Shown piece after piece: positions 1 through 10,346 of a stretch of 64,000 nt of DNA (position 1 is its first letter; every line of letters begins with the position of its first letter). Location of the stretch: positions 2,790,001-2,854,000 of the forward strand of contig CATNEN010000033.1 in NCBI GenBank assembly GCA_950097015.1, written 5' to 3'. The position numbers were made by a program, and so were the translations under genes. The DNA comes from Macrostomum hystrix (taxonomy: Eukaryota > Animalia > Platyhelminthes). The notes below the pieces were generated by a model. It was given only the letters and a program-made list of their open reading frames with translations. It did no database searches and was not told the origin of the DNA.

Positions 1-1145
1 GTACGAGGATATGAGTTTTTATTTTTACTAAAGAAAGCATTTTCACTAAAATTCTGCAACGGGCAGCGGTCTTTACATTTTTCATGAGGAAGAGTGTGAC
101 TTACAAAGTATAGAGGACTTTCAAAGGAAAGATACGTGTATAGTTATAACAATTGTTTATTTGTGTAACGTGTTTTCGTGTCTTATAGTAGTCCTTCCTC
201 GGGAAACCTACAGCTGATCGTTAGCAGTTTATTCTATATTTATTGTCCAGATTAAACTGCTTTCATAGCATTGCGTATATGATTATGGATATGATGTAAC
301 AGCGACTTAGGGGGGGGGACATTTTTTAGAATGTACAAGCCATAATTCCCTTCCCTGTTCGATCCTTCTATGACTAATCCCCAGTGACAGTGACATTGAA
401 ACTTTAAATCATAAATGTTTTTAAATCATGCGATCACGGTGGGTGCGCGTGCCTCTTGCTCTATTAAAGGAAAGCGGCGCGGGCCACTTTCTAGTCAAGA
501 TCTTACCGGTACTACACCCAATTGAAAGTTTACATTTGTTCGAGTACCTAACTGGTTTCGCTTGTTACACTCACTCATCGTATGAGCTTCATCCGTTTGA
601 GTCATATTTTCGTTCACCAGTGTCTATGAGAAAGTCTCAGTCAATTCGGCAACTCGCCTCGAGTCGTCTGATCGGTTCGTTTGATTTTGGCGCTCCAGGC
701 GAGAGCACACGCCTGAGGTTACGATAAACAATAATATAAAGTAAGGGACCAATCCCCTCGGTGCCTGCAGGATCTTGGCCACTCAGTCACACCCAAAGCT
801 TCCAAAAATTCATCAGTCTAGGTGGAGTAGTTACGGAGGGATGAGGCCCAGTTCTCCCATTGCTATCCCTCTGGAGCCGAACAAACAATATATTTTTTGT
901 TTTATATTTTTTCGGCGCATTTTCCAATTATCTGAGGAGAAAAGAGAACATATTGAAACGGCCATGAAAGCTCGATTCCAGCAGACAACCCGTATTTGTG
1001 CTGTGCCGGCGGAAAATGCGCTCCCAACCAGTAGATTGGTGTGTACTTGTAGGACTAGCGACCATTGGTCACGATGAGGGCAGCATGGGGAGGCGATGTG
1101 CTGGCGACTTCGGGCTCAGGTGTGTTTAACAGTCATCGGCAACCT

Positions 1146-1383
1146 CTACTCGAGCGTCGCCTGCCACCGCGTCACGACGCCGTCGTCGAAGCGTTTGGGA
1201 GTCCATGTAAATAGGCCGAATAAATTGGTTTTGGCCGCGTTCGTGGAGTTTTGAGTTTTTCTGGGGCTCTCGGCGAGGTCGGTATAAGGCCCATAGCGTA
1301 GGATGTACTCAAAGTGAGATATTAATGAGATGGCACAGCTGCACCAGCAGAGATGGCAGACTAGGAGACCACAACATATGTGC
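1146..1383 (-). CDS. Candidate terminal coding exon, Cys-rich hydrophobic segment followed by a polar tail, unknown protein
   Basis: After the acceptor ttttcaag| the frame is open for 78 codons: HICCGLLVCHLCWCSCAISLISHFEYILRYGPYTDLAESPRK...KRFDDGVVTRWQATLE*. It is absent from the ORF track because it has no early start codon. Possible upstream exons are 1699-1703 and 2019-2129. Confidence 0.4.
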
Positions 1384-2049
1384 CTTGAAAATGAAATGAT
1401 ACATTGTACATTAAAGTAAACCGGTCTTTATGGCCTCTTCTTGTTTAAAAATGTTGAGTGATGGAATATATAATTTTTGTTTAGTACATTACAATATACG
1501 CATAAGCTAAAAAGTTTATTAATAAAAAGTGCAACTATCAATATAAACAATTAATTATTATATTATATGCAATATATTTTACAATATATAATACATATCA
1601 TCATATTTTTTAATGTTATATTTTGTGATATATTTAATATATCATAAATGTTCCATAAAAGTCATTGGTATTCACTCCGTCTAAATGTTCTCACTCACCT
1701 GTTCTTATGATTTATTTAGAACGTTAAAAGCAAAAATTTAAATTCTTCAGCTTCATCAGAAATACCAAATGTATAAGAAATACAGAAAGGGCAAAGGACT
1801 CATTTTTTTTGCTTAGGACTGGCCCTAATATCAAAGTTTCTAAAGTAGCAGCTTTTCCAATTGTTTCGCTTCTCTCACAATTTTTATTATAGTCTTATTG
1901 CTCGATTCAAAGTTAAGTTGTTGAAAGTAACATGTAACTCGTAGTTGGATAATGAATACAGTGTATATACAGTTCATGTATATTTATAGCACATGTGTTA
2001 AATTGTTCATTAAATTACTTTGACGACAGATTTGAATTTGTGGGCACGA

Positions 2050-2260
2050 AATATGATTGTCGCAGCAATTAACGAATGACTTTCGTTCATGGGGCCCATG
2101 GAGGCCCCCTCTAACCTGATGGAGGGCATCTGGGCTCACGCAAAAGCGCATTATTATATATTTATAATATATAAATATTATGCCCAGCCTGTTGCTTGGC
2201 ATATGCTAATAGGAAGTTCTGCATCAAATATTTTGTTCTGCTTTTGTCTTGTTGTTTTGC
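2050..2260 (+). mobile_element. Possible degenerate Merlin/IS1595-like transposase fragment
   Basis: INE*LSFMGPMEAPSNLMEGIWAHAK resembles, from memory, the Merlin motif VNHSxNFVDPxTGAHTNxIEGxWxxxK. It contains an in-frame stop. No TIRs were found. Confidence 0.25.
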
Positions 2261-2706
2261 TAACAAATAAAGTAAAATCGTCACTCTACTGGCCAAAGTC
2301 TACTGATGTCAGCTTGAACTACCCACCAGTTGGCTGGCTTAGTTCCTGAGAAACTAAAAAGTGAAAAACTCAAATTATCCTACAGACGCAAGAAAGACAA
2401 ACTCTTAGTGCACTTGAATATTATACAGAAAAATAAAAAAAGTATAAATAATTAACTTAGCGAGGTAAAATATTTATGTATTCTGATATTTCGTTAAGCT
2501 AGTAAGATTATTTTGTTTTACTGCGTAAAATTAAGTCGTGTACGTTAATGACGATATTCGTTTAGCGATTTGAACACCTTCCAACATGCCACAAAGCTGA
2601 TGAGCCAGCTTTTTGGTATAAATATGCTTATGCAAAGACATTAAAATATTTTTGCAGAGAAATGACCTCCATTTTTTGCGGAAAGTAAGTCGAAAAATTT
2701 AAAATA

Positions 2707-3425
2707 ATGAGCGGCTGGTTCAACTGGATAGCGACATCGTTTTCGTCCTTCCTTGAATACTTGGGATTCAAGAACAAGTCAGGAACGCTTTTGGTTCTTG
2801 GCCTTGATAATGCCGGCAAGACTACGCTACTAAGGCGGCTGAAAGAAGGAAATATGGTCACACCAGTTCCAACGTGGTACCTTTCGAAGTACGCATTCAC
2901 GATTGGTGGGATGCGTTTTACTGCTTTTGATGTTGGCGGACATCAGCAAGTTAGAAAAGTTTGGCATACATATTTCCCAGCTGTGGATTCTATTATTTTT
3001 ATTGTAGATTCCTCTGATTATCAAAGGTAAGTCTTCATCTTATTAGAAGTAATATTTATATAATATTACATGTATCTCAAACTGACAGCAAATTAAATTT
3101 CAAAAATGTAATTTCTAACAGGCTGACTGAAGCCCGAGAAGAGCTGGATTCGCTCTTATCTGACGAATCGATCCCGGCTCACGTGCCGATGCTGCTCCTC
3201 GGCAACAAAATTGACAGGCCGAGCGCCGTATCCGAGGACGAGCTTCGCCACAGCCTGGGATTGCATCACCGGACCACCGGAAAGCTTCACGCCGCAGCGA
3301 GGGGCAGGTCGCGCCCCAACAGAGCAGAGGCACAGGGGCCTCGCCCGCTGGAGCTGTTCATGTGCTCAGTGCTGTGCCAGCAGGGCTATGGCGACGGCAT
3401 CCGCTGGCTCACCAGCTACATGTAA
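2707..3425 (+). CDS. SAR1: SAR1 COPII small GTPase (divergent), 2 exons: 2707-3026, 3122-3425; 207 aa
   Basis: N-terminal amphipathic helix, GLDNAGKTT (G1), FDVGGH (G3 with the Sar1-specific His), LGNKID (G4) and LELFMCSVL...GYGDGIRWL. The AG|gtaagt...taacag|G splice restores the frame ([16 protein letters not shown]). Confidence 0.95.
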
Positions 3426-3782
3426 TTTTTTTAACAGGCTTTAATTCAACAAAAAACTCGTCATGATATGTAGCGAGTTGAACTAAATATTGTGTATAGT
3501 AGCCCAAATACCGGTAAATGATTGTAAACATTTCTTTATTACAAACACTGATTTATATTCAGAACACAGGCAATCCAACAGACAGGCAATTGATAGTTCT
3601 CGAAAAAAGCACACCAGTGCATAATGACTTTGCGATTTGTTGCTTTACATGAACTACATACAGTACGTCGTCGGATAGCAACACGACAAGCTTACTTTTA
3701 AAATTGCGTTGGAAGAAAAAACTGTCGGTTTAACATAACATCAGCGGAAGTTTCAGAAGAGCATACTGTTTTTCCTGAGCAT

Positions 3783-4103
3783 TCAACGACGCAGCCAGGA
3801 CCGCAGGATGTCGTCAGTCGTCATGACCGCCGGCTTGTCGCCCAGACGTCCAGAAATTGCAGCAGCAGCTGCCAGGGTGGCCAGGGTTGGCCGCGGAGGA
3901 CAGCCTGCTGGTTTGTCCTGCTGCTGCTGCTGCTGCTGTTGGCTCAGTTGGGTGGAGAGGCTCTGAGCAGTCGGGTTGACCAGCCCATGGCAGTCAGCAT
4001 TAGCTGGCTCGTGCAGGTTGTCGAACATGAAGCTGTACTCGGTGGCCAGACTCTCGTCCGGGTTTTCGCAGGCAGCGCTGAGCAGGTGGCTGGAGTTAGA
4101 CAT
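3783..4103 (-). CDS. Small single-exon ORF (106 aa) with a Q8 tract, unknown function
   Basis: GC-rich, coding-like codon usage. ATG at 4103 lies 5 nt after an acceptor-like ttgtcag|. Ends MTTDDILRSWLRR*. Confidence 0.55.
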   Translation of the reverse strand: MSNSSHLLSAACENPDESLATEYSFMFDNLHEPANADCHGLVNPTAQSLSTQLSQQQQQQQQDKPAGCPPRPTLATLAAAAAISGRLGDKPAVMTTDDILRSWLRR

Positions 4104-4504
4104 GGCAACTGACAATGTGAGATTGAAGCAGCCTGCTGTGATTTTTATATTGGCGAATTGAACACCGCCTGCACGTTGCTGACATCAAATGTGCAAATTG
4201 TGTCACACCTTAGCTCATCTGTTAATATATTATGGAGTATTGTCGTGCCTCACTGCTAAATTAGTTCCGACAGTTGCGCAACAGTCTGCGTCACATTCTG
4301 GAAGGCTGGTTCATTTTACACAATGTACGCGATTAGGTTGCACTTCAATTTAGAATGCGTTAGCTAAATAAGCCAGTTCACACTCCTGTCGAATTGCTGA
4401 GTTGCATATGGGCAAGATAGATTCACAATTATATTGAGTTAGCAACGCCATGGCATTGCTTCTTCCTGAATTCTTAAATTCCCATCTCGCCAAATCGCAT
4501 CACA

Positions 4505-4863
4505 GCAAATCCCTCCTACCAAATCCCATCCCACCATATCCCATCCAAACAAATCCCATTCAAACAAATCCCATCCCTCCAAATCCCATCCCACCAAATC
4601 CCATCCCATCAGATCCGATCTCGACAAATCCCATCTTACCAAATCCCATCCCACCAAATCCCATCTTATCAAATCCCATCCCACCAAATCCCATCTTATC
4701 AAGCTGCTGCATAGGGGTAGAAGACACCACACTGAAGCTGCTGCATTGGGGTAGAAGACACCACACTGAAGCTGCTGCATAGGGGTAGAAGACACCACAC
4801 TGAAGCTGCTGCATAGGGGTAGAAGACACCACACTGAAGCTGCTGCATAGGGGTAGAAGACAC
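4505..4863. repeat. Two adjacent minisatellites: 15-mer CCAAATCCCATCCCA (~4505-4700) and 34-mer AAGCTGCTGCATAGGGGTAGAAGACACCACACTG (~4701-4863)
   Basis: Tandem units read directly from the sequence. Confidence 0.95.
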
Positions 4864-5101
4864 CTGGAATGCAGCCCTCCAGCCCTGCTATATGCAGTCT
4901 TTATGACCTTATTGAAATTCGGAACTTAAGTCTCCCGAGAAATTAGTATCTTCACTAGACGCGGCAATTCCCCTAAGTAAAATAGCTAGCTGTTTAATTA
5001 AACAAAAAAGAGGAAAAATGCAAATTTTTCTATTCACAGTTAGAAGTTATAAAAAACTGTTGAAATTGTTCTGGCTGCAAATAAAATTTAGGCTCGTCAT
5101 A

Positions 5102-5208
5102 TCAAAACTTCTCAATCAGCTTCACAACTGAGGGGTTGCCAGCCTGCGTGAGGGCCAAACTGCTTTTGGCCTTTTGAAGTCTGCTTGCCACAGCGCCCCT
5201 CTGCCTTC

Positions 5209-5267
<59 letters not shown>

Positions 5268-7245
5268 CCGGGTCGCTGTCTCTTCGAAGGAGCCGTGCCA
5301 GTTCGGAGCAAATTATCAGTGGATCTGGCGCTGGAGACAGCCGAAGTTGTCGACGCCAGCAGATTCAGTGCCGGAAGACTTCTGGCTCGACTGCTGAGTT
5401 GGCCAGCCGCGCTTCGCTGCTGCCGTTCCACCAGGGTCGGCCGGACTTGGCGCGGTCGCGAGCAACTGTCGTAGATCAACTGGAACTCCTTCTGCTGCTC
5501 AGTCAGCGGCATGATTGGTTGACGGCGGAACAGCCGGTCGAATGACTCGACGGCGATGGCTAGAGCTTCGTGAACAACGCCGGGAATGATGGCTGTCTGG
5601 GCGGAATTGTAGAGGCCCAGAGCTGGCGTGGAGTTTAACTCGAGTAGCCACACCTGCGAGAGCAGAATGCGTTTCTTCTGTGTCAGCGGTGGCTGTCTTT
5701 GGTGTACAACTCCCTCATGGCCACTTTAATTTGGGGCGCAGCCGCGGGGAGAAGGCTTGGGTAGACTTATGCAATCTACGACACAAGGTCTACACACAGT
5801 CTAATATAGTCTGGGACAGTCCCATAAAGTAGTCTCACAGAGTCCCATAAAGTCCCACAGAGTCCCATAAAGTCCCACAGAGTCCCATAAAGTCCCACAG
5901 AGTCCCATAAAGTCCCAGAGAATCCTACAGAGTCCTTGAGAGTTTCAGAGAGTCCCACAGAGTCCCACAGAGTCCCACAGAGTCCCACAGAGTCCAAAAA
6001 TTTAAAAGAGTTCTAGAGAGTCCCAGAAATTCCAAGAAATTGCCGCACTTTTCCTGACTCCTCAACGAGGAAGTCGCAGCCGAACAGCTCAAAGCAGCCG
6101 CAGGCAGTTGCCAGCTTGGGTCGCGTGGCGGCCACCAGGTGCGCCAAAGCCTGGCGGATGCTGTCCTGCATGCTCGTGATGGCGAAGTCGCGCCCAAGTT
6201 CGTGCTCCCCTAGCCGCTCATTCAGGTGCTGATTGAGTTTGTCAACGGGCCAGATTGTCTCCTCCTTGGCGCTGTCGTAGGTTGAGTCCTTCTGCTGCAC
6301 CGCCTGGTTGGTGAGGTGCAGGCACAGGTCGTCGCTCTTCAAGTCAAAGTCGCGGCATGTGAGCCGCGCGTAGCCGGGGTGGTAGAAGGCCAGGCAGTTG
6401 AGGTTGAGGGTGGCCAGCACCAGTAGGTAGACGCGCAGGTCGAATTTCTTGCCGCCCAGCAGCAGCGGCCGCTCGATGTACCGCTGGATGACCCAGTCGC
6501 GGCGCGGCTCGCCGCTGGTCCGCTCGTCGTTGAACAGGTTGCGAAAGTCGACTTCGGTGCGCACCAGCTTGATGCCTTCACCGCGGTTGAGCGCGGCCGG
6601 TTTGCAGATCCACAGGCTGCCGGATTCGGCGCTCATTCGGCGCAGGAACTGCAGGCGCTGCATGGCGGTTCGCAGCACGTAGGTGGCCGGCAGGACGGTG
6701 TCGGCGGTCAGGCGCGGATGGTCCCGACAGCGGCACTGCGGCGCGGCGTCCTGCGCGCGCAGAGTCTCCGGCAGCAGCAGCTTGTTGGTGAGGCAGCGGG
6801 TGCCTGGCAGGCGGCTCACAATGTGCTGTCCGGGCCGCATTTTGCGGATGAAGAGGTCCGCCTGGCAGCCGTTGCACCATATCAGAGTCAGGTGGGGCGA
6901 CTGCTGCTGCTGCTGCTGCATCGTCGGTGCGGTAAAGAATGCGTCGCTGGACTCCTGCCAGTTTAGGCGCTGCATGACATCGCGGACGCTGCAGCGGCGA
7001 CGGTGGATTTTTGAAGTTAAAGTTTCAACAGATAACAAATGCACAGCTGGCACTCACAGCTTGGCTCCGTATTGGGTGGCCAGAAAGCAGGCGTGACGTG
7101 TTCCCCGACTGTCTCTAGGCGTTGCGGCTGTCCTGGAAAAGCTGGACCGCTGCTGCTGCTGCTGCTCCTGCTTCTGCAGCAATAAGCGGCTGCGGATAGT
7201 GCCAGCACTCGGACTCTGAATCGGCTCGGCTGCTTCCTCTTCCAT
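5102..7245 (-). CDS. TTLL10: TTLL10-like tubulin-tyrosine-ligase-family glycylase, 3 exons: 7245-7058, 6988-6049, 5653-5102; 559 aa
   Basis: TTL motifs WICKP..LNRGEGI, WVIQRYIERPLLLGGKKFDLRVY, GYARLT...HLTNQAVQQK, FELFGCDFLV and WLLELNSTP (catalytic ExN). GYARLT/HLTNQ..QxK matches TTLL10 from memory. All splice phases are consistent. Exon 3 has a pure ~19x CAG tract. Confidence 0.88.
5812..6030. repeat. 10-mer minisatellite (AGAGTCCCAC/AAAGTCCCAT) filling most of TTLL10 intron 2
   Basis: Tandem units begin about 15 nt after the donor at 6048. Confidence 0.95.
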
Positions 7246-8289
7246 GCTCAGAAACTGAAACTGACGAGTTAATCCCGCCGCCACACGGGATAAGTCGATC
7301 TGGACGAGCCCCTTTTTATGACTTGAAACTTCTGCGGCTGCTCATGCGGGGCGTTGCCCGTCTTCCATTGGAGAGAGCAAAGCAAAGAGACGACTATGCT
7401 CAGAGGTCGCTAACTTGGCTACTGGACTAGCGGAGTGAAGAATGAAAGAAGACAATTTTATTGGGGACAGGAACAATTGTGCGAAGTGGGAGAAACGGCA
7501 GACAGCTGGGGTGGGCTTAAAGAGCTGGTTCCTGTGAGCAGTGCGCGGGGAAGTCTGGCTTGTTCCGGTTTCGTTGCAGCGACGAAGTGCGAAAGTTTCC
7601 CACCGAACCTAAAAAGCACATGAGAGAGAGAGGGGTGGTAGTGTAGAGGGGGGACAAGTGCACTGGTAGGGCTGATCCTATCGATATTGATATCGATTTG
7701 ATTGGAACGCCACCACCCAGTGTCACTGTGCGCCAGAGTTGAAGGCCTGAGTCAGCGATTGGGCCGCAAGGAGGTCAACCAAAATCCCCGCCTAACCAGC
7801 TGTCTATGTGCTCAATTTTGAGCACTGTAGTTCTCTGGAACTTTGAGTCCTTTTACATCGTTTTTGGATCGCTATTTTCAAAATGCCCTCGGCTTAACTA
7901 CCCTACTGCCAGTAATATAGATGGGACTCGGAATCGCAGATAGCTGAAGTTATGCGCTTCTGAGCAATCTGAAATCGAACTGTTCTGTAACGGCATCTTG
8001 AATGCAAATTTTGCTATCTGCCTGGAATCATTAAATTGATAATGCTTTCATCTTTGAACATTTATTAAACAGAGAAGTGTTAGTTAGGGAGATGATATTC
8101 AGATGAGGCGACACAAATGAAGAAAGAGAGAGTGATGTGAGAATATCTGGGTCGAGAACATGATTGGGCAGGAAATTATAACCATGTAGCCATGTAGGTC
8201 AAAGGAGCTGCCGAAAATGGATTTATGAGACCAATGTCAAGATCTTTTCAGCCTGAGGCATAGCCATAGCCGTACATTGGCTCCCATGA

Positions 8290-8460
8290 TTTTGAAAATG
8301 CTATTGAGTGTTGTTTGGACATGCCAATCAAAGTGAAGCTAGACCCGCTCCAGTGGAGCTGAGCAGTGAAAAGTACTTTTGCCCCAACATTTCTGCGCTG
8401 CTCAGCTGCAGTAAATAAAAACTGAAAGAAATATTTCCCCGACTTCTCAACCTTCGCTAG
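8290..8460 (+). mobile_element. Possible hAT transposase C-terminal (dimerisation) remnant
   Basis: ENAIECCLDMPIKVKLDPLQWS*AVKSTF resembles the hAT consensus EL..YL..P......DPL.WW......F. It has in-frame stops. Confidence 0.3.
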
Positions 8461-8488
8461 ACTTCCCAGGCAAGAGTGAAAGCCTTGG

Positions 8489-8502
8489 GTTGCCATGGAA
8501 AC
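8489..8502. promoter_or_regulatory. RFX X-box
   Basis: GTTGCCATGGAAAC, about 1.2 kb upstream of the TTLL10 ATG. Confidence 0.7.
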
Positions 8503-8853
8503 AGTGTGCAGGGCTATTGAAAATGAAAACAATACGTTAATGGCTATTCAGGACTTTAAAATAAAAGAAAAAATAATTTCACCGTTTGGACAGTCTGACA
8601 TTCAGTAGTAGTTTCAGGAATTTTATATATTTCACTCCTAAAATACTTTACACACACACACACACACACACTCACAGCATCTGGTCTTTCTCCTCTCTCT
8701 CACGCATAGCAACAGGTCGTGTGTCCCCCGCGCCGCCTGAAGGTAACTGGAAATAGTCGGCCCTGCAATGAGTGTACACCAGCAGGCAGCCTCTCTCTTT
8801 GCCTCCATTATTCTTAGCCCAAATCTTCCACGAGCAGCCTCTACTCAGTACTA

Positions 8854-9405
8854 CTACGTCTCCAGTCCTCTTGAGTTCTTTCTTCTTCTGCAGTTGGCCT
8901 TGTGTAGTGTTGCTGAGCAGGGCCATGATTGTGTAGCATTGATTTCCTCTCCTATGCTGTCTCTATCTGGCTGTCGGCCTTGTTCTATTTTTGCAAGTTT
9001 TTGTAGCCATCGGCTGAGTCTATGAATTTCTCTGCCTAGACCGCTTGCACTGCAACCAATGGAAGCGAGAAGTCCTTCCAGCAGTAAGGGACAGGCGGTG
9101 GCGTGGGGTGGAGCTCCGCCCTGTCTGCTGGAAGAAATATAGCAACCCGCAATGGCAGGTGAGGTGCAGATGGAGGCTGGGAGAATTTTGTGAGAAAGTG
9201 GACAGCACGAGCTGAAAGGCGAGGGTTTCAACGTCTGGAAATTGCGCATCTGCTTGGCTACTCGCTCGGAACAGTTTCTGAGCCATGTTTGTCCAGACAC
9301 ATGCCGCGGACTGCAATCACAATAGGAATCGAACAGGCATCTTCTTGGCTGCTCCGGTGAGTTCAGCCAGTGATCTGCGGAGTGTCTGGTGCGGGACAGG
9401 GGCAC
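8854..9405 (-). mobile_element. Possible decayed non-LTR retrotransposon linker-region fragment
   Basis: The 183-aa ORF contains HVSGQTWLRNCSERVAKQMR and GREIHRLSRWLQKL, loosely like LINE EN-RT linkers. No RT catalytic motif was seen. Confidence 0.2.
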
Positions 9406-9482
9406 GGAAAAGCTGGCGAACCATTTTGACAGTTGTGGGAAGTAGGTGGGAGAAGAAGGGAGGGATGGGGTTAATAAGGGAT

Positions 9483-10035
9483 AGGCAATAAAGGGAGAGA
9501 GAGAAGATAGGGAGAGAAGGAATGGGAAAGAAGGAAGGGGAGAAGGAAGGGGGAGAAGAAAGGGGAGAACAAAGGGAGAGAAGGAAGGGGGAAGAAAAGG
9601 GAGAGAAGGAAGGGGAGAAGGAAGTGGAGAAGGGAGGGGAGAAGGGAGGGGAGAAATGGGAGGGAGAGAAGGAATGGGAAAGAAGGGATAGGAGAGAAGG
9701 AAGGGGGAGAAGGGAGGGGGGAAGAAAGGGAGAGAAGGAAGGGGGAGAAGGAAGGGAAGAAAGGGAGAGAAGGAAGGGGAGAAGGAAGTGGAGAAGGGAG
9801 GGGAGAAATGGGAGGGAGAGAAGGAATGGGAAAGAAGGGATAGGAGAGAAGGAAGGGGGAAGGAAGGGGGAGAAGGAAGGGGGAGAAGGAAGGGGGAAGA
9901 AAGGGGAGAGAAGGAAGGGGAGAAGGAAGTGGAGAAGGGAGGGGAGAAATGGGAGGGAGAGAAGGAATGGGAAAGAAAGGATAGGAGAGAAGGAAGGGGG
10001 AAGGAAGGGGGAGAAGGAAGGGGCAGAAGGGAGGG
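9483..10035. repeat. Polypurine (G/A) compound repeat with internal block duplications
   Basis: GGAGAAGGAAGG-type units. The block GAAGGAATGGGAAAGAAGGGATAGGAGAG recurs three times. Confidence 0.95.
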
Positions 10036-10213
10036 TACGTCAGAGCGGAAGCAGGTGAGTTGTCAGGCAGGCAGGTAGGGGCAGCAAAAGTCCTCTAAAC
10101 AAAGCCGTCTGTCCCATCAAAAGTTTATTCCCGCTCATCCCAATCCCGGTAGCCTAATCTGCAGTTCTATCTGGCTCCGATTGCATTAATGAATTCACGC
10201 GTGCCGGATTCTT

Positions 10214-10227
10214 GTTACCATAGCAAC
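10214..10227. promoter_or_regulatory. RFX X-box
   Basis: GTTACCATAGCAAC, 120 nt upstream of the ATG at 10347. Confidence 0.75.
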
Positions 10228-10346
10228 CGGGACTAAAAAATAATTTCCTGACTTCTGGCCCCCGAAGATGGACAGCCGGTGCTGCCGCTACATCAGGCAG
10301 TTATGATGGATTGTATCAGTTGTTGCAACTGTCGGCTGCGGCTTTG

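Noticed and set aside
4095-4109. X-box-like GTTAGACATGGCAAC
   Set aside because: Only one good half-site, and it overlaps the start codon.
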